A stretch of DNA of 64,000 nucleotides, taken from contig OX597815.1 in NCBI GenBank assembly GCA_951406725.2, positions 146,444,001 through 146,508,000 of the forward strand. The letters run 5' to 3'. This document shows, in pieces, positions 1 through 13,189 of this stretch (the first letter of the stretch is position 1; the number at the start of each line of letters is the position of its first letter). The DNA is from Octopus vulgaris (lineage: Eukaryota). The position numbers and the translations under genes are program-made. The notes beneath the pieces were generated by a model. The model saw only the letters and a list, made by a program, of their open reading frames with translations. It was not told the DNA's origin and did no database searches.

Positions 1-75
1 ATTTATACATTCTTATTTACATTATTTCATAATCATCTGTCCCTTTTTGCCATACGCATTTTATATATTCGTTTT

Positions 76-857
76 TACTCCAGGCACAAGGCTCGAAATA
101 TTTGGTAGATGAACCTCAATACGCAACTGGAGCTTAATTTATCGACCCCGAAAGGATGAAAGGCAAAGTCGACCTAGACGGAATTTGAACTCATAACCGC
201 TAAGCATTTCGCCCGGGGTGCTAAAGTTTCTTATTTATTTTCTGCCCACAAGGGGCTACACACAGAGGGGACAAACAAGGAAAGACGCACGGATTAAGTC
301 GATTATTTTGAATCCAGTGCGTAACTGGTACTTATTTAATCGACCCCGAAAGGATGAAAGGCAAAGTCGGCGGAATTTGAACTCAGAACGTAGCGACAGA
401 CGAAATACCAATTTCTTAACTACCCACCAGCGGCTAAAGACAGAGGAAACAAACAAGGACAGGCAGACGGATTAAGTCGATTATATCGACCCCAGTGCGT
501 AACTGGTACTTAATTTATTGACCCTGAAAGGATGAAAGGCAAAGTCGACCTCGGCGGAATTTGAACTCAGAGCGTAATGGCAGACGGAATAAGGCTACGC
601 ATTTCGCCCGGCGTGCTAATGTTTCTTATTTCTTTATTGCCCACAAGGGGCTAAACACGGAGGGGACAAACAAAGACAGACAAATGGATTAAGTCGATTA
701 AATCGACCCCAGTGCGTAACTGGTACTTAATTTATCGACCCCGAAAGTATGAAAGGCAAAGTCGATCTCGGCAGAATTTGAACTCAGAACGTGACGGCAG
801 ACGAAATACGGCTACGCATTTCGCCCGGCGTGCTAATGTTTCTGCCAGCTCGCCGCC
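76..857 (-). mobile_element. Head-to-tail array of about 4 Deu/Nin-domain SINE copies
   Basis: The block cgaccccgaaaggatgaaaggcaaagtcgacc recurs four times. On minus it reads gtcgactttgcctttcatcctttcggggtcgataaattaagtacc, resembling the Deu/Nin central domain. Only the rightmost copy has the head ggcggcgagctggcagaa. Confidence 0.85.
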
Positions 858-859
858 TT

Positions 860-1365
860 TTCTTTTTACATGTTCACGTGCCTTGTACATATATCTCTTA
901 ACACTTCTGTCCCTTTGCCTACCTGCCTGTTTACATACTCATTTATTTTTACATTCATTTAATTTTTCACTAGTTTTTCCACTGCTCCTCCATCTTGACC
1001 CACATTTTAAGCTTTCTTCCTTTTTTCGTTTTTCTCCACTGTTTTCGCTCAACTTCACTCACTCCCAGCCAACCGTTTACACCTTACACCATTTACATTC
1101 TCCTTTATATGCTAAAACTCACCAGCATTTCCTCTCTGAACTCCTCCCCAAATAACTGAATTCCCACCAGACCCCTAATCACTTTTTCCACTTTTCCTTT
1201 CTTTACCCCACCGTTCATTATTTCCCGCATTTTTCTCATGAGGGTATCAACGTCGAGAAGGTCAAAGTCCGTTTACTTTTTCCATTCAAGCGTGAAAACT
1301 AATATCACTTCTTTGAAAACTTTCTGGTGTTTTGTATTTTCTTTTTGTGTTTTTCCCATTCATAT
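860..1365 (+). mobile_element. Decayed Penelope-like 3' end with hammerhead remnant
   Basis: A pyrimidine-rich tract is followed by ctcatgagggtatcaacgtcgagaaggtcaaagtcc (1235-1270, decayed CTGATGA..GAAACGTC) and a tail resembling 32560-32620 and 7611-7714. Ends at tatata. Confidence 0.4.
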
Positions 1366-1369
1366 ATAG

Positions 1370-1519
1370 ACTGTGTAGTAAGTAGCTCGTTTACCAACCA
1401 CATGGTTCCGGGCTCAGTTTCTCTGCGTGGCACCTCGGGCAAGTGTCTTCTACTATAGCCTTGGGCCGACCAAACCCTTGTGAGTGGATATGGTAGACGG
1501 AAACTGAAAGAAGCTCGTG

Positions 1520-1560
<41 letters not shown>

Positions 1561-1810
1561 TATCTGTATGTATTTATATATATGCATGTGTATGTATGTA
1601 TGTATGTGTTTGTCCCCCCCCACTTCAACATCGCATGGCAACAGATCCTGGTGTGTGAAGTCCCTGTAACATAGCGGTTTGGCAAAGAGACCGATAGAAT
1701 AAGTGCTAGGCTTACGAAGAATAATAAGTCCTAGAGTCGATTTTCTTGACTAAAGGTGGTGTTGCAGCATGGCAGAAGTCAAATGATTGAAACAAGTAAA
1801 AGAATTAAAG
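1370..1810 (+). mobile_element. tRNA-derived CORE-type SINE with internal (TA)n/(GTAT)n
   Basis: tRNA-like head (catggttccgggctcag), CORE-like cctcgggcaagtgtctt, microsatellite, then a 3' half ending gaaacaagtaaaaga. Many copies in the window. Confidence 0.85.
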
Positions 1811-2579
1811 AACAAAAGAATATATATAAATATATACATATAAAGTTACAAGTTTTAAGAATTAGTTAATAAGTTAACAAAAATAATTGAATACTTGAAT
1901 TCAAAGCACCTGATAAGTTAATATTGAAATTTATTTAAAATGAAATGAATTTATTTAAAATGCAAGTTATAATCCTGCTATGTAAGTACCTATATGTATG
2001 TATATATGTATATGGATTATAATTCAGTTTTGCCATAGCGTTACCAATATGATTAAACTTTGCACTATTGAGTATGGAACTCAAAATACTTATACTTTGC
2101 AGTATTACTAAGTTACAGCGATGAAGAGGTGTAAATTTCTTGACATCCTCTGCTCGAGACTTTTACGTGAACTCTAAAGTCACTACGGAATGTAATTTAA
2201 ATTAATATATGAATGCTAGAAGCTCAAGTCCCTGTAGTAATAATATTTATATGCTTCTATTTCCCTTCTTCTTGCAATGCACGTAATCTCTCTCAACTCT
2301 TGCAACTCTTGCTCTTTCCACAGAGGATATAATTCTGATGAAGAACTAACTTTCGAAATGTTAAGATTCATATTTCTCTGACTCAGTGGATGAATCTCCA
2401 TAACATAGCATCACAAATAGTTTGTTGTTTGAGCTTATCCGCTAAACCTCGAGTTCGCTATAAACACGTTTTCTGTATTGTATGAAGATCATATAATTTC
2501 AGTAAAAAATATCGATATTGTTCTTTTTTCCCTTCGATCTCTGGTATGTAATGCTTCAGGGCGTGTACCGTCACAGTTT

Positions 2580-3330
2580 TCTAATCCTGCTATGAATTCT
2601 TCTTCTACTTCCCTGTGTATTTTTGTAGTTCTTCATCCCTGTGTATTTGTAAAGTTTTCAAAAGCTGGCGGTTATTGCAGCAGTTTTTTTTTTAATATTC
2701 ATGCTGTGTGTTGCAACAGTTTTAATGTCTGACATGTATTCCTACAATTTCTGTCCATAACATATATTTTCACTTTTCCATTCTTCGTTTCTGCGTTTCT
2801 ACAGTTTTCTTTACATTCCGTGTACTGCTACACTTTACTACATCTGCCGTGTGTTTCTACATTTTCTTTCCATGCTGTGCACTTTTAAAATGATCCAACT
2901 CTGCTCTATATTCCCATAACTATCCCCCTTGCCGTATAATGCTGCAATGTTTCATCAATGCCATCAACAACCACAGTTTTCCATTTCCGATGTGCATACT
3001 TACATTTTCTGTCCATGCTATCTATCCATTATTATTCGTATCTACTCACACTGCCTGCTTATTTCCACTTTTTCTATCAATGCTGTGTAACACTGCATAT
3101 TTTTACCCTTGCCATGTATTACTACATTTTTCTACCCTTGGCATGTATTTCTAAAATATTCTATTCCTGTCGACTAGATTACTTTTTTTCCATAGCTCTA
3201 TTGCATATTGCTACATAATCTTACTCATGAGGTATTTCTCTACATAGTTATAGCCATGCCATGCATCCTTGTTATTTTCTGTCGTTGCCATGACTGGCTA
3301 TAATATTTTACTCATGTCATGCATACAGTT
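2580..3330. repeat. Highly degenerate about 30-nt tandem repeat
   Basis: Recurring unit like ctacatttttctacccttgccatgtattg, clearest at about 2800-2880 and 3070-3160. Confidence 0.55.
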
Positions 3331-3446
3331 TTTCACTGAACCTCAGGCTTCAGCATTCATGAGATATGTAATTGCTTGGATACCCTATTTATCTTCAGGG
3401 TATTAAATGAACAAATCTCTATCCCTTCATTATAATGATCAGTGTA

Positions 3447-4068
3447 TTCTTTTATTCTTTTACATGTTTCAGTCATTTGACTGCGGCCATGCTGGAGCAC
3501 CACATTTAGTCGAACAAATCAACCCCTGGACTTATTCTTTGCAAGCCCAGTACTTACACTATCGGTTTTCTTTGATCAACCGCAAAGTTACAGGGACTTA
3601 AACATACCAACATCGGTTGTCAAGCGATGGTTGGGGGACAAACACACACACACACATATTCGACGGGCTTCTTTCAGTTTCCTATTTCTCTATTGTCCAC
3701 AGGAGGCTAAACTTAGAGGGGGCAAACAAGGACAGACAAAGGGATTAAGTCGATTACATCGGCCCCAGTGCGTAACTGGTACTTAATTTATCGACCCCGG
3801 AAGGATGAAAGGCAAAGTCGACCTCAGAGGAATTTGAACTCAGAACGTAACGGCAGACGAAATCCCGCTAAACATTTCGCCCGGCGTGCTAACGTTTCTG
3901 CTAGCTCGTCGCCTTCTTTCAGTTTCCGTCAACGAAATCCACTCACAAGACTTCGGTCGGCTCGAGGCTATAGTAGAAGATATTTTTCCAATGAACCACG
4001 TAGTGGAACTGAACTCGGAACCTTGTGGTTGGGAATCAAGCGTCTCACCACATAGCCACTCCTGCACC
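3447..4068 (-). mobile_element. CORE-type SINE interrupted by a nested SINE
   Basis: 3' half at 3447-3682 and 5' half at 3914-4068; reverse complement of the 1370-1810 family. Confidence 0.85.
3683..3913 (-). mobile_element. Full-length Deu/Nin-domain SINE with target-site duplication
   Basis: Same family as 76-857; flanked by direct repeat cttctttcagtttcc at 3668-3682 and 3913-3927. Confidence 0.9.
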
Positions 4069-5801
4069 TGTATGTGTATTTGACTTTGTGTATTTGGGCA
4101 ATCGAACATGGTGATATTTTACACTGGCAACGTTACTTAGAAAGGAAAGGTCATCGGAGAGAGTTTGATAACTTCAGTTAGTGTTTGGGAGTCGCCAGCA
4201 ACAAAATGCGCTTTGTTGTTTATGTTCATGGGAGAATTTTTCAAGGGCGAAATTTTAGGCACCCTAAGACGAAAGGCAAGGCCGTGGCATGAGCTCCTCC
4301 TATAACCATCACAGAAATTCAACTTACAACACTAATTCTTTTATGAACTCTCCAAATGGCTTGTGTATTTGTCGAGTGTAAGTCACGACCCGTTATATTA
4401 TAAAACTATTTTCTTTGTGTTATAATGAATCACTTCAACTTCGTCTGAGGAGACAAGAAAAGACACGCTGTCTGCAGCTGGGTTGGTCGCTTTTGCGTGC
4501 AAAATCTATAAGAGCCATAGAAATAATAGATACAAAATTTGTCTGACAGTACGAATTTTATGACAGCAATAAATTGGGGGAGAGTAAGAGCGAAAGAAAG
4601 GGAGATTAGCAAAACGCAATTTATGTCATTATTTTTGCGTATCTATTGTGAAAGAATATAAAAGATTCATGTTTAAATAACCCACCTTTTGCTATGTGTA
4701 ATGGTACTTACAATAACTACATGTTTCGCATTTTACGTAACACCCTCTTCATGACAAAATCACGCAAACATAGAAAGTCTTTGTTAGATAACATGTTGAT
4801 ATCGTTAAAGGTCAGCATATGTATCAGTTCAACATACTACATAGATTTAGAGAGAGAAGAGGAAAATGCCACAGAGAATTGATAGAGTGGAAAGCAAGAG
4901 ATTCAATAGCTAGAGATTCAATATAATGAGAATAGCACATTTTTACGTCTATTTCTAATTTCTCTTTCTTAAAAATCAGAAATATATACATAAATAGAAT
5001 ATATTTATTTAGTGCATTATGTAGATTAAAACACGCACATACATACACACAGACACACACACATGTTTATACACTCTCACATACATATATATCCATAATA
5101 ATTTTTAAGAATATTGTTTATCATGGGGAGACTATACGAGTGAGTTTGAAGTGCTATAGAAGTGATATAGCATATAAAAGCTAACTGACGCAGGAGACTG
5201 ACGTGGGCAGACTATTGTATTTCATATAGAAAGCGAAAGATTAAGAAGTTATTTAATCCAAGGAAATTATGTTGCTGGAAAAAGGTTCCCGCTTACTGAG
5301 AGATGTTAAAATACAGAAGCTGCCATAAATTCAATACGTAAAGAGTAATATTCTTATAGCAAGCATCATGAAAACATATACATTCAATCCAGTCAAGCAT
5401 GTTGAAGTTGAAACGCAAAATTGAAAAGCGAATCAACGAAATGAAACCTCTTTGATATCAATAATCTTGTCAACTATCTATCTTACTCACGTTTAACTGT
5501 GTAAAGCTGATACCATTTTTAGCCTTTCAAGGTTATACTAACGAACGTAAAATGCTCATAAATCTTCGCCACTGAAAGGATATCTGTCTCGCGATCGGTG
5601 ACGTGTAGTGACACATGTTGACACACAATGCAACTTGCATTTAACTGCGAAAAGATATTTGTGTAATATTTGTGTTAAAAGCTGTAAATTTATCAGCTAG
5701 ACAAAAATGTGCGTTGGTCATAATAAAAATTGAGCAAATTTTTCTTTCACATACACGCACAGAAACATACAAAAGCTCTTGCAAGAGTACATATGCATAA
5801 A

Positions 5802-5830
5802 ATGTATAGATATAGGTATAGATACCCATA

Positions 5831-5863
<33 letters not shown>

Positions 5864-5926
5864 GGGTATCTATACCTATATCTATACATATCTATATATA
5901 TTGGTATCTATACCTATATCTATACA

Positions 5927-5929
<3 letters not shown>
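5802..5929. repeat. Inverted repeat around (TA)n plus a third tandem copy
   Basis: 5802-5830 is the exact reverse complement of 5861-5889; a further copy of the right arm lies at about 5902-5929. Confidence 0.9.
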
Positions 5930-6006
<77 letters not shown>

Positions 6007-6013
6007 TATATAC

Positions 6014-6598
6014 AAACACCTGGTTCCGGTTTCAGTGCATTTGGTAGACGGAAACTTAAAGATGCCTGTCGTATATATGTGTATGTATATATATCTATAT
6101 ATATAAAACTCTAGTTGTGTGAGTGTCTGTCCCCTTCGATTTAGATTCCTAACTCCTCCCACATTTTGCGGTGCAGTTTAACCAAATTCGGGTATCTTAT
6201 AGTCGTGATTCATATCGAGCCCGTCTGACTATTAGCGCGCGTCAACGATGAGTCTACGATTTTAAAAATAATTTAACATCATTTTTTATTCCATTTTAAT
6301 GCATAAAATGCATCGTGTGTCGATGGCGGCGGAGTTGGCGTCCACGCTCACAGCTGCACCTGTTTGCTTCTCCCCCTTCCCTCCCTCGTGAAGCTGTGGG
6401 GAAGGGAGTGTAAAGAAATCAACGTCGTAATGCGTTGTGAAGGAAACCAGCGTTCTTTTAGAACAACGACTTCATGGCTTGAAGACACCAAAACAAAAAT
6501 GGCTAAGAAAGCCCGAATTTATAAGGGAAGTAACTCTCTAAAAATGCTTATATAGTTATTTCCCTTACAAACCCGAGCAACGCCGGGCGATACTGCTA

Positions 6599-6648
<50 letters not shown>

Positions 6649-6875
6649 ATGTATGTATGTGTGTGTATATGTTTGTGTGTCTGCGTTTGTCCTCCAACAT
6701 CGCTTGAGAACCGATGCTGGTGTGTTTACGTATCCGTAACTTAGCGGTTCGGTAAAAGGGAACCGATAGAATAAGTACTAGGCTTACAAAGAATAAGTCC
6801 TAGAGTCGGTTTGCTCGACTAAAGGCGGTGCTCCTTTATGGCCACAGACAAATGATTGAAACAAGTAAAATATAA
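6014..6875 (+). mobile_element. CORE-type SINE (internally deleted head) split by a Helitron
   Basis: Head remnant at 6014-6075 (tggttccggtttcagt..tttggtagacggaaact); 3' half at about 6670-6875. Confidence 0.8.
6094..6599 (+). mobile_element. Non-autonomous Helitron
   Basis: A|TC start at 6094, subterminal hairpin cccg-agcaacgc-cggg, CTAG|T end at 6599; inserted between A and T with no TSD. Confidence 0.8.
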
Positions 6876-7554
6876 ATATATATAATGTACATTTACGCAC
6901 ATGCAAACACACACGCCTACACAAGCATTCAAACACCCACGCAAAATACACACATATATAGCTACATATACATGATCACTGTATGGTTGGTGGGTGCATA
7001 AATATGTGTTGGCAATATATATAAACCTGTTAGTACGTATTTAACATACGTTCTAACATCAGCGCCATCTTAACCGTTCTCCTTTTTATAGGAAAGTTAA
7101 AATTTCGCAGCACAAACCTATATAAAAAGAAAAAGTAAAATATATCGCATTCTGAATCTGATACTCTCTCCACATATAGCCTTGTCAAAGTTCACTTCTA
7201 ACACACTGGTTAATATAAATGCCTAATCGAACCAAAATAACCTCATAATGTCCTCATGACCCTCTGCATCGTACCTTCTTGTACAACCGTGTGTATCTGT
7301 TTCCAAGCCAACCCATTCCACATCAAATTTTCATATATATTCCATGAAAGAAATATCCAGATATCCAGAAATACTATATGTAAACCTTAGAAAACCAAAA
7401 CAGTCTTCAGTCTGAGGATAGCTAGTAAACTGGTACTTCTAAATCATGACCACATTTTCCCTTGTGAAACTAGAGATAATCAATTGAAATTAATGAGTAA
7501 TCTTTTAATTTTATGTTCAACCATTAATGCACACACACACACTCACATACACAA

Positions 7555-7610
<56 letters not shown>

Positions 7611-7612
<2 letters not shown>

Positions 7613-7714
7613 CGGGAAGCTTTATGAAAATAAACAAAAGACGAAGGCAGGTGGAAAACAAACGAACAATTGTATTAGTATGGCGCTCAGGAAATATAAA
7701 TAAAACAAGTCTTT
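7611..7714 (-). mobile_element. Penelope-like 3' terminal fragment between (TA)n tracts
   Basis: Homologous to 32660-32765 (aaagacgaaggcaggtgg..tgtattagtatggcgctcagg); both ends abut (TA)n. Confidence 0.65.
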
Positions 7715-7796
7715 ATATATATATATATATACATACACATACATACTTTATATCCGCATATATATATTTACATACACATACATACTTTATATCTGC

Positions 7797-7855
<59 letters not shown>

Positions 7856-7857
<2 letters not shown>

Positions 7858-8100
7858 CGCAGGCGTGGCTGCGTGGTTAGAAGTTTGTTTCCAATCTCAT
7901 GATTCCGGGTTCATCCCCACTGCGTGGCACCTTGAGCAGGTGTCCACTACTATAGCCTCGAGCCGACCAAAGCCTTGTAAGTACCAAGCTTAAAAAAATA
8001 TGTACTGCGGTCGATTCGTTCAACTAAAGTTTCAAGGCGGTGCCCCAGAATGGCAGACGTATAACGACTCAAACAAGTAAAAGATAAGAGATAGAGATAA
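7856..8100 (+). mobile_element. CORE-type SINE, internally deleted
   Basis: ggcgcaggcgtggctgcgtggtt head joined directly to the distal 3' half. Confidence 0.8.
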
Positions 8101-8926
8101 AAGACATATATATATATATATATACGTCTCTTTCACTTTGTCTGTCTGCCTGCCCCTCTCTCTTTCTGTCTCTTTCCCTGTGTAAATAAATGTGTGTGCG
8201 TGTGTGTGTGTTTATGTATAACATCAGAAGATTCAGATAGAATTAGCACTACAGGCTATCGACAAAGAAAGTGAGGATACTCAGGAGGGAATAAGTTTAC
8301 GAAAACGTGACAGCGGTAGGAGATAAGTGAAACTTTTGAAAGACTTGAAACTTCAGAGAGCCAGAAAATGAGAAAGTTAAACAAGAAATAATAAAGCAAG
8401 AATGACAAAGGAATGTGGGTATTAACGGTGATAGAAAGATAATTGAAACAAGGAAAGCGGCTCTGATGTTAATATCACCAGAGAGTAGTATAGAAGCCAA
8501 ATGTTTGAAAAGAAGACGGGCGAGTGGAAGAGATGATGGTGGTGGTGGAGTGGTTGTCAGAAAGGTAGGGAATTGTTTATACGTAAGACAAGGCAGCAAA
8601 TATGGACTTGCATTGATAAATTCTTATTAGCTCTCGGCATGAAAAATCCACGTAATTATAAGACTTTGGTTGTCACAATAGTGTGAGAGCATAAACAAAA
8701 TTGTGTGTTTATAAAAGCTTCCGAATACTATTCGTTAAAATTCGTGTACTGTCTAGAATACATATAACTGTATTTACTGTTAATAAAAAGATGAAGTAAG
8801 GAGAGAGAGTGAGAGAAATTAAGACGATGTGTCTGTGCGCTAGAGACAATATGTATGATCGGTATTGCCTCATAGCGATTATGAAAACTACTCTCTCACT
8901 CCTCCTTCTCGCTCTCTGTATGTATG

Positions 8927-9010
<84 letters not shown>

Positions 9011-9591
9011 CGTGTTGTGTGTGTGTGCGTATGTATGTAGTATGCAGAATAATTAATAATGCCTATACGAAGTGTTTCCTCAGAAGAAACCTTTTGTTTA
9101 TATAAGAACACTGTATTTGCACAGGGAAATTTCTTTCACCGTCTTTTCCTGATAAACATCCTACGCACATCTTTGCGTATAGCATATGAAATAAGTTTCT
9201 TAACTTTGTTCCCACTATTATTATTATGACAGGCTATAGAATGACAATAATCTTTCAGCTTTAGAATAACAAGTTTTAGTAACAGATGTGAATGTGACAA
9301 GAGAAAAATACACGAGTGAAGCAAATGTATTAATAATGAAGTTGATCCGCTGGATGAAAGACAACTTTGTAATCCATATATTATCATAAACACACGATAT
9401 TTTACAATGGTGTTTCAGTCATAGGATAATGTATATTATCGAATATAATATCGGGGATCAGTGTTTTTAGTGGACAACTTATATTACTTCAAAATCATTA
9501 CTGAAAATGAAGCCCAGTAGCTGCTATTAGCTATTTCTCAAACTAAAAGGAACGATTGACCATATACGTTTTTACGTATATTGATTTGAAG

Positions 9592-9698
9592 CGGGTGGTG
9601 AGCTGTCAGATTCGTCAGCACGCGGGACAAAATGCTTTGCGCATTTCGTCCGTCTTTACGTTCTGCGTTCAAATTCCGCTCAATCGACTTTGTCATTG
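9592..9698 (+). mobile_element. Deu/Nin SINE 5' fragment
   Basis: ggtggtgagctgtcagattcgtcagcacg..gttcaaattccgc..tcgactttg. Confidence 0.7.
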
Positions 9699-9739
9699 GA
9701 TCGTGCACCAAAGAAGAACAAAAAGCAGTGATCCGATCA

Positions 9740-10145
9740 ACAGTGCAAAACAACAGTTTGCACCGAACGCCCAAGTTTTGGTGCTATATGACAATGTACT
9801 CCCAGACACGGCCGCCCGGAAGGTTGAAACCTTTATAGCAATTGGGTTTTGGGGTGCTGGAACACTCTGCCTACAGGCCAGACACTGCTCCTTCCGACTA
9901 TCATATCTTTGGACCATTCAAAGATGGTTTACGAGGTCGTCGATTTCCTACTGATGAAGATGTAAAGAAAGGGGTGCATAAATGGTTGCACGACCAACCG
10001 AATATCTTCTTCTCGTAGGGAATACGCAAGCTTGTGGACTGTGGGACCAAATGCAACGAAAAAATGACTTACTTGTTTATTCCCTGCTTTTGTGCAAATA
10101 CATTGAAAAAAACAAGAGCGCTTATAATTTTTGACTCACCCTCGT
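9740..10145 (+). mobile_element. mariner (DD34D-type) transposase 3' relic with right TIR
   Basis: Frameshifted translation gives VLYDNVLPDTAARKVET..RPDTAPSDYHIFGPFKDGLRGRRFPTDEDVKKGVHKWLHDQP..GIRKLV; ends ttttgactcaccctcgt. Confidence 0.85.
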
Positions 10146-10581
10146 GATTGACTAGAGCCTGAAGACGCGGCAATTAATAATAAATACACGTAAAGACCTA
10201 AATTTTGCAAAGTGCATTAATTGCTGCAGAAGCAAATTAATATTCAGAAACATATTAATTGCTGCAGACTCTATAAGTTGAGTTTCCGTCATCGGAGAAT
10301 TGGTGCAGGAATGAAAAGAAGAAATTAACTGCTAAATGAAACTGGATATAAATCTCTCTTCTCCTTTATTATAAATTCATTATTTTCTCTACCGAAAACA
10401 TGCAGTCTCTATAGATTTACCGACGTGAATATAGAATGAGGTTAGTAAATCAAACTAAGTGGAGATTATTATGCATTCACTGAGGTTAGCCGGCGTTAAT
10501 AACCGGTAAAAGCGACTACGGTCCTCCCTTGGATTCTCTGTCCATACCAACCAAATATTAGAAATTTGTCTTTATATATAT

Positions 10582-10618
<37 letters not shown>

Positions 10619-10645
10619 ACACACACACACACACGTATATATATA

Positions 10646-10688
<43 letters not shown>

Positions 10689-10689
10689 A

Positions 10690-11060
<371 letters not shown>

Positions 11061-12049
11061 GTCTGTCTGTCTGTTAGTCTGTCTGTGTATCTCTCTCTTC
11101 TCCTCTCTCTCTTTATATATACTTACACGCCCACAGAGGGTAGGAGGAGTCTTCTTCTGGTGACTCAACGTTATAGGTATGCGTTATAGGTATTGAGTGC
11201 TCAAATACGTGTGCCACCAAAACAATTCCAGTTAAACCAGCAGCTGAAGTTGTGTATGTGTGGTTGTCTTGTTCAAATCACGGCTAGTGGTAGCTTCTCT
11301 TTGATTCTGTAGGCATAATTTAGAGTTATGAGGAAAAGCAAACAAGTAGTCAAGGCAGGACAAGCACATTTGATTTGATCTACTTCAATATAAAAATCCA
11401 TCTACATAACGGATAAAAATAGTCTCTGACAGATATTTCTGGGATATTCCAGCTATAGAAGCATCGTATCGAGAGAAGATTCTATAAGTTTAGTATTCTA
11501 TAATCGAAGAAATATCAGTGGAAGAATGTTCCTCAGCAATGACATTTGTTGTGATTCATTATGACCTGGAGGGCAGAAAAGTCTAATTATATCCAGTTGG
11601 ATTGGGTCTTCTTTAGATAAATACTTGATCATGATGTGTAATTTGAGGGAAAATGAGAGTGACTGTTAGCAGAACAAACGTTGTGCATGGAATAAATATT
11701 ATGGTGGGAGCAAAGATAAATAGATAAGAGGTATGGCTAAGAGGTATGGCTAAGAGGTATATATTGTTAAGTATATAGAAACGTATTTCTTCCAGAGGAA
11801 AAATGACTGCTACCCTTCACTGGACCTGATCCAACCGGATTTAACTGCACTAACTTTACTAGTTTGTACTATTGTTACCACTCCTAATGTAGCAAAATTT
11901 TTTAGCTTGAATTAAATAAAATCCTGCATTAACTAATTGTTTGCCATTCCTCACTATTTTAACCCCTCTTTCCCTCACTCTCTCTCTCTCGCTCTCTTTC
12001 TCTCTGTATATATATGTATTTATGCATACATGTATGTGTATATATATAT

Positions 12050-12234
12050 GAATATTAAATAATAAAGGTAGAAATTGATGTTAATCAATTAAAACCAGTG
12101 GTTTAGCATATTTAAGAATCCGAAGATTAAAAATTGTGTTACATACAAAATTAAGAGGAATGACCACTAAAGTGTCCCCCTATATGCTAAACATAAACGT
12201 CAAATCGCTATTACCACGAAGAATGTGTTCTCAA

Positions 12235-12237
<3 letters not shown>
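12050..12237 (-). mobile_element. 3' terminal repeat fragment between TA-rich tracts (same family as 37540-37800)
   Basis: Shares tagaaattgat..aaaccagtg..ccgaagatt..aagagga..ccac..accacgaagaat.tgttctcaa with 37350-37800. Confidence 0.65.
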
Positions 12238-12277
<40 letters not shown>

Positions 12278-12280
<3 letters not shown>

Positions 12281-13117
12281 GATGCGATGGGTAAATTGTC
12301 ACCATTTTATATTTTTAATTTTGCGCTCGTGCATTGTTTTGTGATCTTGTCGACTTCATAGTACAGTAGGATCAGTTGGGCACCGTCTGTGAGAAAAAGA
12401 CCAGCATGATGCAATTCACTCTGCATGAAATTTCGGTTTCGCGCCTGAAGCTCCAATACGAAGTGTCGGAAACTCCTATACACACATTTACCAATACAAA
12501 CATGTACTGAGAGTGATAAAAATAAAATAGCCAGTCAACATAACATTATGGTTTTTGGAGTAATCACTAGTGATGGCAACGTTATGCCTCCATTCATACT
12601 CCCACAAGGCCTCAGATTCAACACGGAGGCCCACATCAAGTGCGTGGATGAGGTAGTGCTGCTCTGTGTAAAGAGGTTGGCTGTTAGAAGACCCTGTGTC
12701 TGGCAACAGGACTCTGCACCAAGCCACACAAACAGTAGGACCCAGTCATGACTGTCAGATAATTTCTGCGACCACATCATCCTTAACATCTGGCCATCTA
12801 ACTGCCCAAACCTTAATCTCCTTGAATACTATGTGTGACGCGCAGTTGAGCGAGAGATCAACAAAACTACTTGTAACAACAAAGCTGAACTGAATGCAAG
12901 TTTTATGGCAGCATTTACCAAATTGAACAAGGAGATCGTCCAGTTGCAGAAGATTTCGTCTGGAGACCTTAGTTAAAGCGAATGACGATTTTATTGAATA
13001 AATTTACTGTAGTATTTCAAGATATTTTTATGCAATTTTGGTAAATATATTTGTTAAAATGAGATGTCAGTGTTATTTTCCTTTTTTGTATAATTTAAAA
13101 GACAATTCACGCACCTC

Positions 13118-13123
<6 letters not shown>
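12278..13123 (+). mobile_element. Internally deleted maT/DD37D-type Tc1/mariner element inserted in (TA)n
   Basis: Imperfect TIRs caggatgcgatgggtaaattgtc / gacaattcacgcacctcaccct. Translation MVFGVITSDGNVMPPFI..WQQDSAPSH..*LSDNF..WPSNCPNLNLLEY has 37 residues between the catalytic positions. Confidence 0.85.
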
Positions 13124-13156
<33 letters not shown>

Positions 13157-13189
13157 ATGTATGTATGTATGTATGTATGTGTGTTTGTG

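Noticed and set aside
76-857. Regularly spaced repeats resembling a CRISPR array
   Set aside because: The intervening sequences are homologous to each other; this is a SINE multimer in eukaryotic DNA.
2335-2365. ctgatga..cgaaatgtt hammerhead-like string
   Set aside because: Stem II closing pair and stem I do not form; at best a heavily decayed relic.
7150-8620. Two minus-strand stretches (about 7150-7450 and 8290-8620) faintly resembling GIY-YIG C-termini
   Set aside because: Similarity is limited to a few residues; it needs a profile search.
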